64,000 bases of DNA. Source: Nemertoderma westbladi (taxonomy: Eukaryota > Animalia > Xenacoelomorpha). The stretch lies in the NCBI GenBank assembly GCA_032718475.1, contig JAUCBJ010001784.1, positions 1 to 64,000 on the forward strand. The letters run 5' to 3'. The notes beneath the pieces were generated by a model that saw nothing but the letters and a program-made list of their open reading frames with translations, had not been told where the DNA came from and did no database searches. How positions within the stretch are numbered: position 1 is the stretch's first letter; every line of letters begins with the position of its first letter. A program made the position numbers and the translations under genes. Below are positions 52,151 through 64,000 of the stretch, in pieces.

Positions 52151-53926
52151 GCCTTGCAGGCTCTCATTGGCCGGCTCACTTGTTCCCCCTACGTTTGTAT
52201 TAATTGCACTGTTATTAATTTCGCCCTGATTCGTTACACTGTTACTAATGATATTACTTTGATTAATTTCTTCAGGGTTATTTAACGTATTATTGTCTAA
52301 GTTATTATTTATATTATTTAAATTATTTTGTTCGGAATTATTTACATTATTTAAATTATTTTGTTCGGAATTATTTACATTATTTAAATTATTTTGCATA
52401 TTTAAATTAGGATTGTTGTTACCGGATAAAATATTATTTCCTGCAAGAAAGGTTTGATTAGGGTTGTCTATTACGGTACTATTAATATTAACTCCCTCTA
52501 ACGTATTATTACCCCCCCAGCCCGTACGGTTACACCAGTCCTGGGTCTGTCATCCAGTACCTGTAAGTGGGGTATTAACAAAGGTTTCCATTACCTCTGG
52601 TTCCTCGTAAATACTACCAGAACCAGCCTCACTCTCCGATAATCCCATTTTTGCCAATTCTAACTGGCGCTTTTGCTTCGCCTGATACTGCATTAACCCC
52701 TTCAGCCGGGTATGCATATCATCCCGCATCCGCTTGCCCGCTCTCTCTCTCTCTCTCTCTTTCTTCCCTCATACTCTGGTTGGCTAATTCTGTCTCCCTT
52801 GCCTCCCACTCTCTACGCTCCTTCACCTCTCTCGCCTCCCGCTCCTTGCACTCGCTTTCCACTTTTGCCTCCCACTCTTTGCGCTCGTTTATTTCTCTCT
52901 CTTCTCATTCTCTATAGTTTCTCGCCACCCTCTCGGCCCTCTCTTTACACTCTCTTGCTAATTCTCTCTCCCTCTCTAACAACGCAGTTCCCTCATCTAA
53001 CTACCTTTCCAGTTCCTTTTGATCCAACGCCACAATGTCTAGTTGACACACCAGATCTATCTCTAACACCCTTCTTGCTTTCGCGGAGGATGTAGCGGAC
53101 TTATCGGTCGCGACGGACTCCCGTCGCCTCTCTGCCCTACTAACTTTCCCCCGTTTACTGGGGTTCCTACTAACCGACGACACCGAATCCTCGGGGTTAA
53201 CCTCGGATTCACTGTCGTGCGGGTCTGCCCATCCCACTAACTTAATTCCCCTAGCTTCCACTAAGTAAGGCCCTATGTACACTACATCTGGTTCCATTGC
53301 CTCGGACCGCCACAATTCAAATAGTTCTGTGGCAACCCCCCTCGCTCTCTCACTCGCCAGTTCTCCCTGTCCAAAATGGACTAAGTAACGAAAATGTTTA
53401 TTCAAATCACCTAGCCTCTGGTATAGTTTAGGCTGGTCTACATTTCTCCCCTCCTTGGCCACTTTCAGTAGCTTCTTTGTGGCATTGTATGCCCGTCGCA
53501 GGCGATCACTCGTCCCAACGTCCTCCTCGTTGACCCTACCTTCCCTCCTGGTCCGGCGTCGTACCAGTGGCCCCACCATCGCCATTCCGGTTGGCCGTCC
53601 GTCGCCCTCAGCCTGTGGCTGGCCGGCGACTTCGGTAGTCCGACCGCCGTCATCATCTCGCGTCGACTCATCATTGACTTTCCCTCCTCATTGTTGTCGG
53701 TCGCCTTCCGCTTGGGTATTCGGATTGTCCCTCGTTGGCGAAGCCGGGGTGGCAGGCCGGTATCGTCTCGTCGCGGCCTCTCGGATCGTTTGGTTGGTGT
53801 CGTTGGTCCGCGGCGGCATTCTTTCTCCCTCTGATTCTCGGGGCGTTTGTCCGCTCATCTTTGGGCTCTCTGGTTCTGGTCACAGTTTTAGTTGTCGGTA
53901 GTTTAGACTTGCTGGCTAGTTTAGAC

Positions 53927-54533
53927 TGTGACAGGATTGAGTTCAATGATCCCGACCGGGTTAGGTTATACGCGTCACTTTACTGCTGGGCTGCTGAACT
54001 AATATCTTTGGCCGAAGGCCGTCGAGAAAATAACAGAGTTTGTGTTTCTCGTTGTTAATGTTCCAATGATAATAGCACAGTATGTATAACAGATAATAGT
54101 AGAAATTGCAATACAGAATGATAACAGCAGTATATGAAATGACGGTCGAAACTATTGCCGGTCCCTAACTGTGTGATTGATGAACTGACCGGTAAATCAG
54201 TAATCAGGATAACTATATGATTGATACACATACATATTGGTTCCACCTCTACTCTACTTTGGCCTTCGCTACCCAATGGATGCTTTCCTATCTTTCCCCA
54301 CGTGCTCCCCTGCCCGCTATTGGCTTATATACTAATTGTCACTTTGGCACTCCTTGTAGGTGTTACCCCCTGCCGCTAGCCTCGACTAGCTGGGTTCTCC
54401 CTCTGAGGTGGTTTGACCTCTCACCTCTCTCTGTGGCTTAGGGCGTGTGCCCCCCCCCCCCCCCCCCGAGTTGGTTATGAGGCGAGATTATTATTGGTAA
54501 TCTCGTATCGCCAACTATATTGGTAAAATACCA
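53927..54533. repeat. LTR-like direct repeat (right copy)
   Basis: Matches 44107-44272 plus 45286-45719; TGTGAC...ACCA. Confidence 0.85.
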
Positions 54534-55157
54534 AAAGTGCAAATTCTTCATCAACAATGAAAATACTACAGTAGTTAAAATTCGAACAGTAAAACTTCAA
54601 CAGTAAAAATCACTCACCTTTTGCCTAAAGGATTTAAGACAGAATTGAGAAGGGGGGGAGAATGGGAGAAGGGGGGGGGGGGGTGAGGTTGAAATTTCAA
54701 GAAAACAATATTGATCAAAATATAAAAAAGTAGTAATTGTTTTGGCCACTTTCAAGCAGGGTATAATGCGGCTGGTATTTTGCGATAATATAATACTCAG
54801 TAAAATGGAATGGTAGTAGTAGTAGTAAACACTTAAATAATACCCCCAGCCATCATTCAATGGTAGGGTGAAAACAGTTCTAACTGCCCAAGGTTACAAC
54901 ATTTGTGAAAAGATAATACTAATTCAATTCTCAAATCAAATTCAATTCAATTCAATTCAATACTAATTCATATTATCAATATGATGCTGAACTTAACAGC
55001 ATACATCCTACATAGAAACCTATACAGTATTTCATAACAGATGGTACCACCCTACCAGTAAACGCTTCGGCTATCACCTAACAATGTTATTTATTTAGTT
55101 CCCTAGCAACTCACATTCTTTACTTAATTTGTAGGGTACGGTTAGTAGGGTTGGGTA

Positions 55158-55272
55158 CAATCTTCGCCCGCGTCCAACCTTCGCCCGCGTCCAATCTTCA
55201 CCCGCGCCCAACCTTCGCCTGGGGTAAACCTTCGCCGCAAGGCAATCTTCACCCTCGAGCAACCTTCACCCA
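55158..55272. repeat. 17-bp tandem repeat (CAAYCTTCGCCCGCGTC)n
   Basis: About 7 units, progressively degenerate. Confidence 0.8.
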
Positions 55273-55339
55273 ATAAGATTTGTGTTAGTACCTAGAAGTT
55301 TATTAATAACATTAATAATAGTATATTAGTAATTAGGGA

Positions 55340-56234
55340 TGATCTTGCTTCTAACCATGTTAAATGTGATAACCATGACGAGCGCATGAATAAACTAGTG
55401 AGTGATTTAAATTCTAGATGTAAGAACTCTGTTCTTACAATCATTTCATCTACTACCATAAACCGTGCCATTATTATTATGTTATTATTATGTCACGAGC
55501 TGTCCAACATATATTGAACCTGGAGATGGATTCAACGTGCAGTGCCATAGCTGACATAATCAATGCATGTTTCAGGAAAGATGCCTGATTAATTTGGACA
55601 CACAATTATTACAAGTCTATATAAAGGTGGCGGTCGCAGTCTTCTTCACTCCAAATCATATCGTCCAATTGCAACGTTTAGCCTCTTTGGAAAAATATTT
55701 GAATCTGCGATATTCAACGAATTCCTAGCATCCCCAGGATTCATACCGCCTTCACAACTAGCATATCAACGGAAAATAGGATAAGACTTAATAATTACCA
55801 CAATTCTCGAATTCCTAGAATATCAACGGAGAAGTCATACTACCGGATATTTGTGCCATGTTGATATAAAGTCTGCATTTTGTCATATCATTATCATAAC
55901 CTACTATTTCGAAAGGATATTATTTATGGAACACATAAACCCCTATGTCTGTTTAGCACTGTTATCAAACTACGTATCAATAGCACGATAGCCTTTCTGA
56001 AGTTTGGTAACTTCATTGATAATATAGGAATTAAACTAATCAAGGGCGGAAAACAAGGATCACTATTATCTCCGTGCCTATTTATAATGTATACTGGTGA
56101 TGTATTACGGTCGTTAAATGTGGTGAATTTTGGGTTCGATCAGCTGCAGATGTGGTTGGGGACAATAGCTTATGCTTACGACTTACTACTAATTGGTTTA
56201 TCAGCCAATGAGCTTGAAAATATGGTTATAACCA
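55340..56234 (+). mobile_element. Old non-LTR retrotransposon RT relic
   Basis: YRPIA-like segment, DIKSAF, GGKQGSLLSPCLF and IAYAYDL (degenerate YADD); many disruptions. Confidence 0.7.
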
Positions 56235-59200
56235 TCACCCTGCACCTGGCAGCAGGGGTACAGGGCGTGACCCAGCAGATGAGCTGCACAGCCAATGGTG
56301 GGTCATGTGCACCAGAGTAGATATGGGTGATGGGCCTCATATCTGACTCCACTGCGACACCCACCCTGGGGAATGGCAAACCAGGGTGTGGTATTTGCCC
56401 CGAGAGCTGACTTGGCTAAAAAGCACCCCCAACCCCCACTATGGATTACATTAGTAATGCGGAGGTCCGGCCACTAGAGGCCAGTGGAATTACCTGACAC
56501 AATCGGCCTCATAGGCGTCAGTTATCTCCTGACTGGCTGCCTGTCTAACCCCCTACTGGAGAGAGAGCAGTCAACAATTCTTTGAGTCCCTTTCCTGATG
56601 ACCTTTCTGGCCCAAACCCTGGGTCACCAGGGAGGCCAGATTGTGAGGGGGGGATGGATTCTGGAGTTGGAGGCTACTCTCATATTCCACCCCGACCAAC
56701 AAAGCCATTGGTGAATCTGAGGCAAGTCACTAGACTAGCCTCAGTAAACACCCTAACACCCAGGTCCCCAATGCGACAAGGTGAGCTGACTGCCTTGGCA
56801 AATAAGCTTTCTCTTAGCGCAGTGTGTGTTCAAAAGCACCGAATTCAGACTGGACAGACTGATGAGGTTCTGATTAAGGACATGGGGGCGGTTGGCAACT
56901 CGCCCTCGCGTCAGCAGATGATAGTGGCAATGGTGGAATTGGTCTATTGATGAATCCAACTGCACAAATAGACCAAATCTCTAACCGTATCATCCGTTGC
57001 CACCTATCATGTTCTGGAAGACTGGCTAAGAAGTTTCCTAAGGTGGTTCTGATTGTGTGCTACTCTCGAACTAGTGTTGCCCCTGTAGAGGAGGTGGAAA
57101 ATTTCTACCTCAATCTACAAGCAGCTACTGATGGAGTGGATCAGCATGCATTCTTAACATTCCTGGGAGACTTTCACTTTCTTACTAACTCCACACGTGA
57201 GTTGATTGTGCTAGTTAATTATAATATAATATATAATTATTATATTAATATAATAATAATTATATTAATATAATTATTAATATAATAATAAGAATTATTA
57301 CAATTAATAAGAATTACATAATTATTGAATCTCTGCACATTCATTGGTCGAATCTACTAATTTGTCAGCCCTAGTATGCCCGTCGTGTGTTACATCAATG
57401 CAAACTTCATGTTTTAGGCCTGACCCCCTCCATTCAGTATCTTGACCTCCTGTTATCACCTTGCGATGTAATAATTTACCATTATATACTTCATTCTGAG
57501 CAATTTCGTCAGTCTTCCTATCTTTTCCACCGGTTGTCACAAATTGTTTTTTACCGCTCGCTCGCCCGTCCGCTCGCTTGCTCGCCTTTTCATTCGTCCC
57601 ATTTCATTTACTTTGCTAACACTTTATTTCTACTGATATTTGTAACCACATATACTCGAAGTAAATGTTTCATTCATTTCCACTCCCCTTATTTTATCAT
57701 TATTTTTACTACGTTATCGAAATATATTATGTTATTTATTAGTGCTTTTATTGTCCACATTTCATTATCATAACTGGCCGTGATTTGTAAATACAAAAGA
57801 ATTGAATGCGAGCGAGCACGTTAATAAAGAAACTCAATTTTGCAACCGAAACCTCCCTTGAGTGTCCCAATGATAGACAGGCCCACTTTGAAAAGCTCCT
57901 CAATAATGACAGGGTATTAATGCCTGATAACTTTATAGAAGTAAAAGTGTCTGAGTCTGTACTCCCAGATATTCCCATTGGCGATATCTCCTTTGCAGAA
58001 GTGAAGGTTGCTGCAAAGAGCATTAAGACCAATCGTGCCAGTGGAGTAGATCGTGTTCCCCCTGAGGTCTTTAAAATACCTGAGTGTTTAAAGCTCATCT
58101 ATCCCATCATAGTAGACATGTACCGAACAACAAGAGTCCCACTAGAAATGAAAACAAATAAGTTGGTGCCAGTTCCCAAGAAGGGCAACCTAACACTCTA
58201 TGGTTCTTTTCAGGGAATCTCATTGATCTCGATTGCTGCAAAGCTATACAATAGAATTCTATGATCCCATTGAAAGACTGCTCCGTGGAAATCAGAATGG
58301 GTTCCGTAAAGGTCGTAGGACCATGGAGCCCATTTTGGCACTTAGAAGGATAATTGAAGAGTTATCAAAAATGAAAGACAGTGACTGGCTGTTATCTTTG
58401 TTGACTTCTTCAAGGCCTTTGATTCAGTCTCTCGCTCACGTACGTTCAGTATACTTTCATTATATGGGATTCCTGATGAAATTATTGCAGCAATCAGATC
58501 AGCATACGATGGTTCGACAACATTTGTGTCTACTATTGACGGTGACACAGAACCATTTGAAGTGTTATGGGTGTCCTCCGGGGAGACACTTGCACCATTC
58601 TTGTTCATAATTGTGGTTGACTATGTTCTACGCATGTCCTTAGATCATCATAATGATGATGGGGAGATGATAACTCCACCTACTGGCTTCAGAAGTCGAG
58701 TAAATCCTGCCAAGTACCTAACTGATCTAGACTTTGCTGATGACTTAGGAGTACTCTCAGAATCACTAGAGGGAGACCAACGGCTCCTCAGCTCATTAGA
58801 ACATGCTGCTTCTAGTGTTGGTCTTTTTATTAACTCCAGAAAGACCAAAATTTTGACAGTTAACTTTGAAAGTCCTCAGCAAGTCTCTGATCGGATGAGC
58901 ATAAGCTCAAAAGATGGTATGCTTAAGCATGTGGATGACTTCTGTTACCTGGGATCATGGATCCGGAAGTCAGGTGAGGACCTTCGAATACGTAAGGGAA
59001 AGGCATGGGCAGCCTTGAATAGGCTTTCCAGGATTTGGAAGTCACCGAGAATTAATCGGAAACTTAAGGTCCGGTTATTTAGAGCAGCAGTAGTTCCAGT
59101 ACTCCTCTATGGGAGTCCATGCTGGGCTCTAACTGCTGAGGACACCAAATCTCTGGATGGCACATTCACAAGAATGCTACGCCGGGTTCATTGTGTCAAG

Positions 59201-59540
59201 TACAATGCACACATCTCCAACCAGACACTATATAACATTGGAGGTGTCTCATTGGTTCCCCCAAGCTTGACACTAGAACAAAATCGCCTCCGCTTTGCAG
59301 GACATTGCTTTCGCCGTGAGGACCAGCCAGTGCATAATCTTGTACTTTGGCAGCCTCATGGAGTGAATAAGCATGGTGGACAGCCCATGACTTTCTTGAG
59401 ACGCATCTTAAAGGACACTGGCCTTGAAGATGCGGATGATCTAGCAAATGTCATGGGTGATAGGGAGTTGTGGCGGTGCAATTTTGTCGATAAGCCGGCA
59501 CAGCATTCTTAAAAATGCAGCTGCAATGCAGCATGCCGAT
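56235..59540 (+). mobile_element. Long RTE-like LINE copy (5' UTR, AP endonuclease, RT), disrupted; unrelated DNA at ~57180-57790
   Basis: APE motifs LASVNTL, VCVQKHR, ISNRII, VCYS and LGDF; RT motifs PVPKKGNL, GISLISIAAKLY, QNGFRKGR and DFADD; (AGT)n tail at 59545-59560. Confidence 0.9.
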
Positions 59541-61744
59541 CCTAGTAGTAGTAGTAGTAAGATTAGAATCATCTTCAGCATGAAAAAATACCATAGAAAC
59601 ATTGTTTTTGTTCATTCACACCACCAAAATGTAACTATTTGTTGCTATTAGCAAGTTACTCGGACATCGCGATTTATTGCAATATATCGCGATTAAAGCG
59701 ATAACTTTGAAATCTCATAAATGGCCACTGCTGCATGGAAGCAAAAAGGTTTTAGTGCCTGGATATAGCCAAAAATATACAAAACAACATATACAAGTGC
59801 CAATTTCTAAAACATTCGTCCACATTGGAAGTTTTTCAATCCAAAATAACTCATCGCGATGAATGCCCATTGTAAATATTTTTCAAAAAACATTAAAATT
59901 TGCAACTTATTCAAACTTTTGACTTCAAATTCGAAATCAGCACCCCCAAAAACACCAACACAAAAATTTTCAACATATTGACACTTGTACAGTATTACTT
60001 GTATTTTTGAGAAATTTTTGTTTCCGAGTGCTCACGTAACCTGTACTTTTGGCGCGCGGAAACCCAATTTTCAAATTGTCATACCTTTTGATCCAGTAGA
60101 CCAATTGAGCTAATTTATTTTTTAATTTTCATCATTTACCAAGGTCTATAACATATCCAAAATTGAGCGAAATCCAAAGACATGGGTTAACTTTTAAAAT
60201 TTTTCTGGATGATTATAAATGGAATTACTCATACAATAATTACGTGGACTGTTGATTGGGCCTACTATAAATCAACATTCTAGAGACAGGGGGGAAAACT
60301 CGACGCAAAACCCGCCTTGGCGAATTAATATCCCGCCTCAATGTTAAATTCTCAATTTAGCGAAAGGAGCAGGTTACAGTGACACGATATTTTAACCAAA
60401 ACAATAAACTAAACACAATAGAACAGGTTACAGTTTTATTTTTGAGAGTAATCAGCTGTTATTTGCGTCGAATTTCCCCTGGAGAGGGATCAATTTTTAT
60501 TGCGTCCAGTTCCTGCACATTGACTTGAATTATACAGTATATTGATGTGTTATTGTTATTTTGACTTTTAAGTTGTTTTTCAGTTGACAAAAATTGTCTA
60601 AACTGTAAGGCATGACTTAGCTGACTTTGTGGCTCGTCCCACATAATAAAAAATGAAACTTTGCTTCACACTAACAAAAATATAATATGAAGCAAATAAT
60701 TTCATTATGAAGCACGTTTACAAGATATAAGATAAGATTTTTGAGTATTTATAAAAAACGCCCAAAAGGCACAACCAGATAAATAACAACGAATAGAGCC
60801 AAATAATAAATTTAGATTCCTCCTAAATGTATTACCCCGTCAGTCCGTCGCCCAGCTGAATATATCTTCCCAGTGAATCCTATATATAGGTACTGTACTA
60901 CACGTACTCCTGCTAAGTTAGCGGTAGCCGGTAGGCCAGCGGACTCCTTAAATACATACAACAAACCTATGTTGGTATCTACAACTTAGTTGGTAGGACT
61001 AGTGGCGAACCCATACCTACTGAGGACTAGTGGCGAACCTATACCTCTACTGTAAATACAGTAGTAATATTTTCCTAAACTTTCACATCAAGGCACTCTC
61101 ATCTTACGCAAGCCTGAATGTATTATAGTAAGTTTAGTTTTGGACGTTTATGAATAGGCCTACTACACGTGCAATACGGCCGTCATCGAATACGTTACTT
61201 ACTGTATTATAGGCCTACTTAGTTTTAGTTTAATTTAATCGAAAACTTCAACCGGTAGCCGGTAGGCCAACAGTACATGCCTGCTGACAGCAGCTTAATT
61301 GATACCGGTAGGCCTACTTAATTACTTACAACTGTACATTATAATTATACTGTACTCTAGTAATGTTGGAATATTGTTTCTATCGGCAGTGATTTTTTAT
61401 GTCATTTTATTTGACTTTTTTTGTCATTTTTTTTTTACGAATTATGCATAATGACTTTTGTTGTCCATTTAATGACTTTTATTGTCATTTTAATGACTTT
61501 TATTGTCACTTTTTATGTATGTATTTCTTCAAACTGTCAGACTGGTGATTTCTGGACTGTCAGACAGTTGATTTCACTATGCCTGTGCCAAAACATTCCA
61601 TGATTCCATGATTTATAGACTATGAGATAGAATTCCATATGCGCCTGTGGTAAAAAGACTCTATATTTAATAGTTTGTGGTTGTTGTCGATAATCGATTA
61701 CCACATGACGTAGCAAAACACTCATTTTATAGCCAAAAACAATT

Positions 61745-62425
61745 ACCAATTGATGGAAAGGAGCAGGTTAAGGCCGAGTTTTCTAACCAAAACAATAAAC
61801 AGTCACTTTAGGCCTACCAAATCAGGGAAAGGAGCAGGTTACAGAGACGGGATTTTCTAACCAAAACAATAAACGATCACTTAACTAATTGAGGGAAAGG
61901 AGCAGGTTACAGAGGCGGGATTTTCTAACCAAAACAAAAAACGATCACTTAACTTATTGAGGGAAAGGAGCAGGTTACAGAGGCGGGATTTCCTAACCAA
62001 AACAATAAACGATAACATTACCAATTGAGGGAAAGGAGCAGGTTACAGAGGCGGGATTATCTAACCAAAACAATAAACGATCATTTAACTAATTGAGGGA
62101 AAGGGGCAGGTTACAGAGGCGGGATTTTCTAACCAAAACAATAAACGATCATTTAACAAATTGACGGAAAGGAGCAGGTTACAGAGACGGGATTTTCTAA
62201 CCAAAACAATAAACGATAACATTACCAATTGAGAGAAAGGAGCAGGTTACAGAGACGGGATTTTCTAACCAAAACAATAAACGATAACATTACCAATTGA
62301 GAGAAAGGAGCAGGTTACAGAGGCGGGATTTTCTAACCAAAACAATAAACGATAACATTACCAATTGAGGGAAAGGAGCAGGTTACAGAGGCGGGATTAT
62401 CTAACCAAAACAATAAACGATCATT
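61745..62425. repeat. 68-bp tandem repeat, about 10 copies
   Basis: Unit GAGGGAAAGGAGCAGGTTACAGAGGCGGGATTTTCTAACCAAAACAATAAACGATCACTTAACTAATT, with starts at 61891 and 61959. Confidence 0.93.
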
Positions 62426-62429
62426 TAGC

Positions 62430-64000
62430 TTTTTTTCATTTCATTATCATTATTTATATTTAACATAATAATTAAAAAAACATTAAATTAAAATAAAGGG
62501 AGAAGTTACCAGGCAATAAGATGCACTTAGGATAACAGTTTAGATACATAGTAAAATAAATTCACAGAATTCAATTCAAAAATATAAACAATTTGAAATA
62601 CAGTATGATTAGATAATTTCAAGTACAGTAAGCTAAGAAGTATATGTAACAACAACTGAAATAAAACAAATAACCAGAAGTTCAGTCGATCTAAACATTA
62701 AATTAAATTTAAAATTATATAAGAATATAATTAAACTATGGTGCACCGTCAAACGTACAATACCTCACCAAATCTACATTTTTTAATTTACGAGAAAATT
62801 CGCTTTTTGATTTAGCCTCCACTAAAGATGACGGTAAACTGTTCCAAATTGAAACAACACGGTTTGAAAAAAATTCATTGAATATTTTTAGCCGAGAACG
62901 TCTTTGGAAAAGTTTAAATTTATGGCCGCGTAATCCACCTTGCCGTGCGTAACAGAAAAACTGGTCAAAATCAACATTCACATAGTTATTAACGATACCA
63001 AACGTCATTTTTAGGTCATTGGCGATGCGGCGCTCCTGCAGGGATTCTAATTTAAGGAAACCTAATCGTTGCATATAAGAATAATTACTATCAATTTTGC
63101 ATCTGGAAAATAAACGACGTGTGAAATACCTTTGCACTTTTTCAAGTTTGTTTATAGAACCTTGTTGGTATGGTGACCAAACAGGGGTGCAGTATTCAAC
63201 GATTGGTCTGACAAACGATTTGTATGCAACCAAAATCGACACCAAATGGGCAGAATTAAAACATCGAAAAATCATGTTAATAATTTTACAAGCTTTATGT
63301 GCCTGTTGTTTACAGTATGAGTCAAACTTGAGATCGGAACATATCATCAGACCCAAATCCTTGCATTCCTTATCCTCTTTGAGCGATTTCTCGCACAACT
63401 TGTATGACGCTTTCTGGTTATTCTTACCAACATTATACCACGGAGCATTTGTGAGCAGCGACCGAGAGTTGCCAGTCGGCTGCCCAGTCACCCAACTTTG
63501 ACAGCGAACACTGTAATAAATGACTCTCCTTTGACGGCGCATACAGTTTGACGTCATCTGCAAACAGTTTGCATGTAATAATATCAACTAGTTGTGGCAG
63601 GTCATTAATAAATATTAAGAACAGAACTGGCCCCAACACACTTCCTTGAGGTGTACCGGAAATGACGTCACATACCTTCGAGAAACAGGCACCAACCACG
63701 AATCTCTGTGTTCGGCCTGACAAGAACGCTGCGATCCAAGCCAGTAGATTACCTCCGATTCCATAACTTGTAAGTTTAGAAATCAGTTTCGAATGGACTA
63801 CAGAGTCAAACGCCTTTGCGTAGTCAATGTATATTATGTCTAGATTATTCTTGTCATCAATTAGTTTAAGCCAATCAGCTGTGCATTCGAGTAGTTGGGT
63901 ACATGTGGAACGTTTCTCTAAGAAGCCGTGTTGGGACCTTGATATTAATTTGTGCAAAAGCAAATAGCGACATATCTCATCCTTGATGCACATCTCCATG
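62430..64000 (-). mobile_element. CR1-like LINE, 3' part (RT, frameshifted), continuing beyond the window
   Basis: QHGF, IDYAKAFDSV, GTPQGSVLGPVLF, LFADD, RPIVEYCTPVWSP, LRGHKFKL..FFSNRVV..WNSLP; T-rich 3' UTR. Confidence 0.9.

Larger units (their letters stand above)
44107..54533 (-). mobile_element. BEL/Pao-derived non-autonomous element (gag + protease, no recognisable RT/RH/IN) between ~607-bp direct repeats
   Basis: PPVEPFKFDGSKLEEYLQF (DUF1759-like), CQLH..HWTMNC and CHQC..GHRFEEC knuckles, VLLGVVPV..LVDSGA protease, DPVAILTPFG. Repeats at 53927-54533 and 44107-45719, the latter split by a LINE. Exact LTR limits are uncertain. Confidence 0.8.

Noticed and set aside
59650-60235. Mariner-like MITE remnant (similar-looking DNA at ~21470-21600)
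   Set aside because: It resembles TIR-element sequence, but I could not pair termini or find a TSD.

Overview
Eukaryotic (metazoan, probably invertebrate) AT-rich genomic DNA dense in transposons; there are no prokaryotic features. I can support four host genes, all with very few introns: maelstrom (HMG box + MAEL domain, +, 5920-8772, 2 exons), a divergent D-glutamate cyclase-like gene (-, 17369-20170, 3 exons) and two near-identical ABCC4/MRP4-like transporters (-, 27792-32001; +, 38626-43343, 2 exons each) that form a head-to-head inverted duplication. Mobile DNA includes an apparently intact Ty3/Gypsy element (1-4949) about 1 kb upstream of maelstrom, two BEL/Pao fragments, a ~10 kb BEL-derived gag-protease element with no recognisable pol, three copies of one RTE-like LINE family, a CR1-like LINE, an older LINE relic, a tRNA-derived SINE and several TIR elements. 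One TIR element has its empty site preserved in the other arm of the duplication. Tandem arrays include a ~3.8 kb 29-bp satellite and units of 16, 17, 21, 68, 69 and 93 bp. I found no clear new multi-gene system. The best leads are the pol-less BEL derivative, the ABCC palindrome, the eroded D-glutamate cyclase, the Maelstrom tail and the abundant TA-flanked motifs that resemble transposon excision footprints. All calls come from motif recognition by eye; no searches were run.
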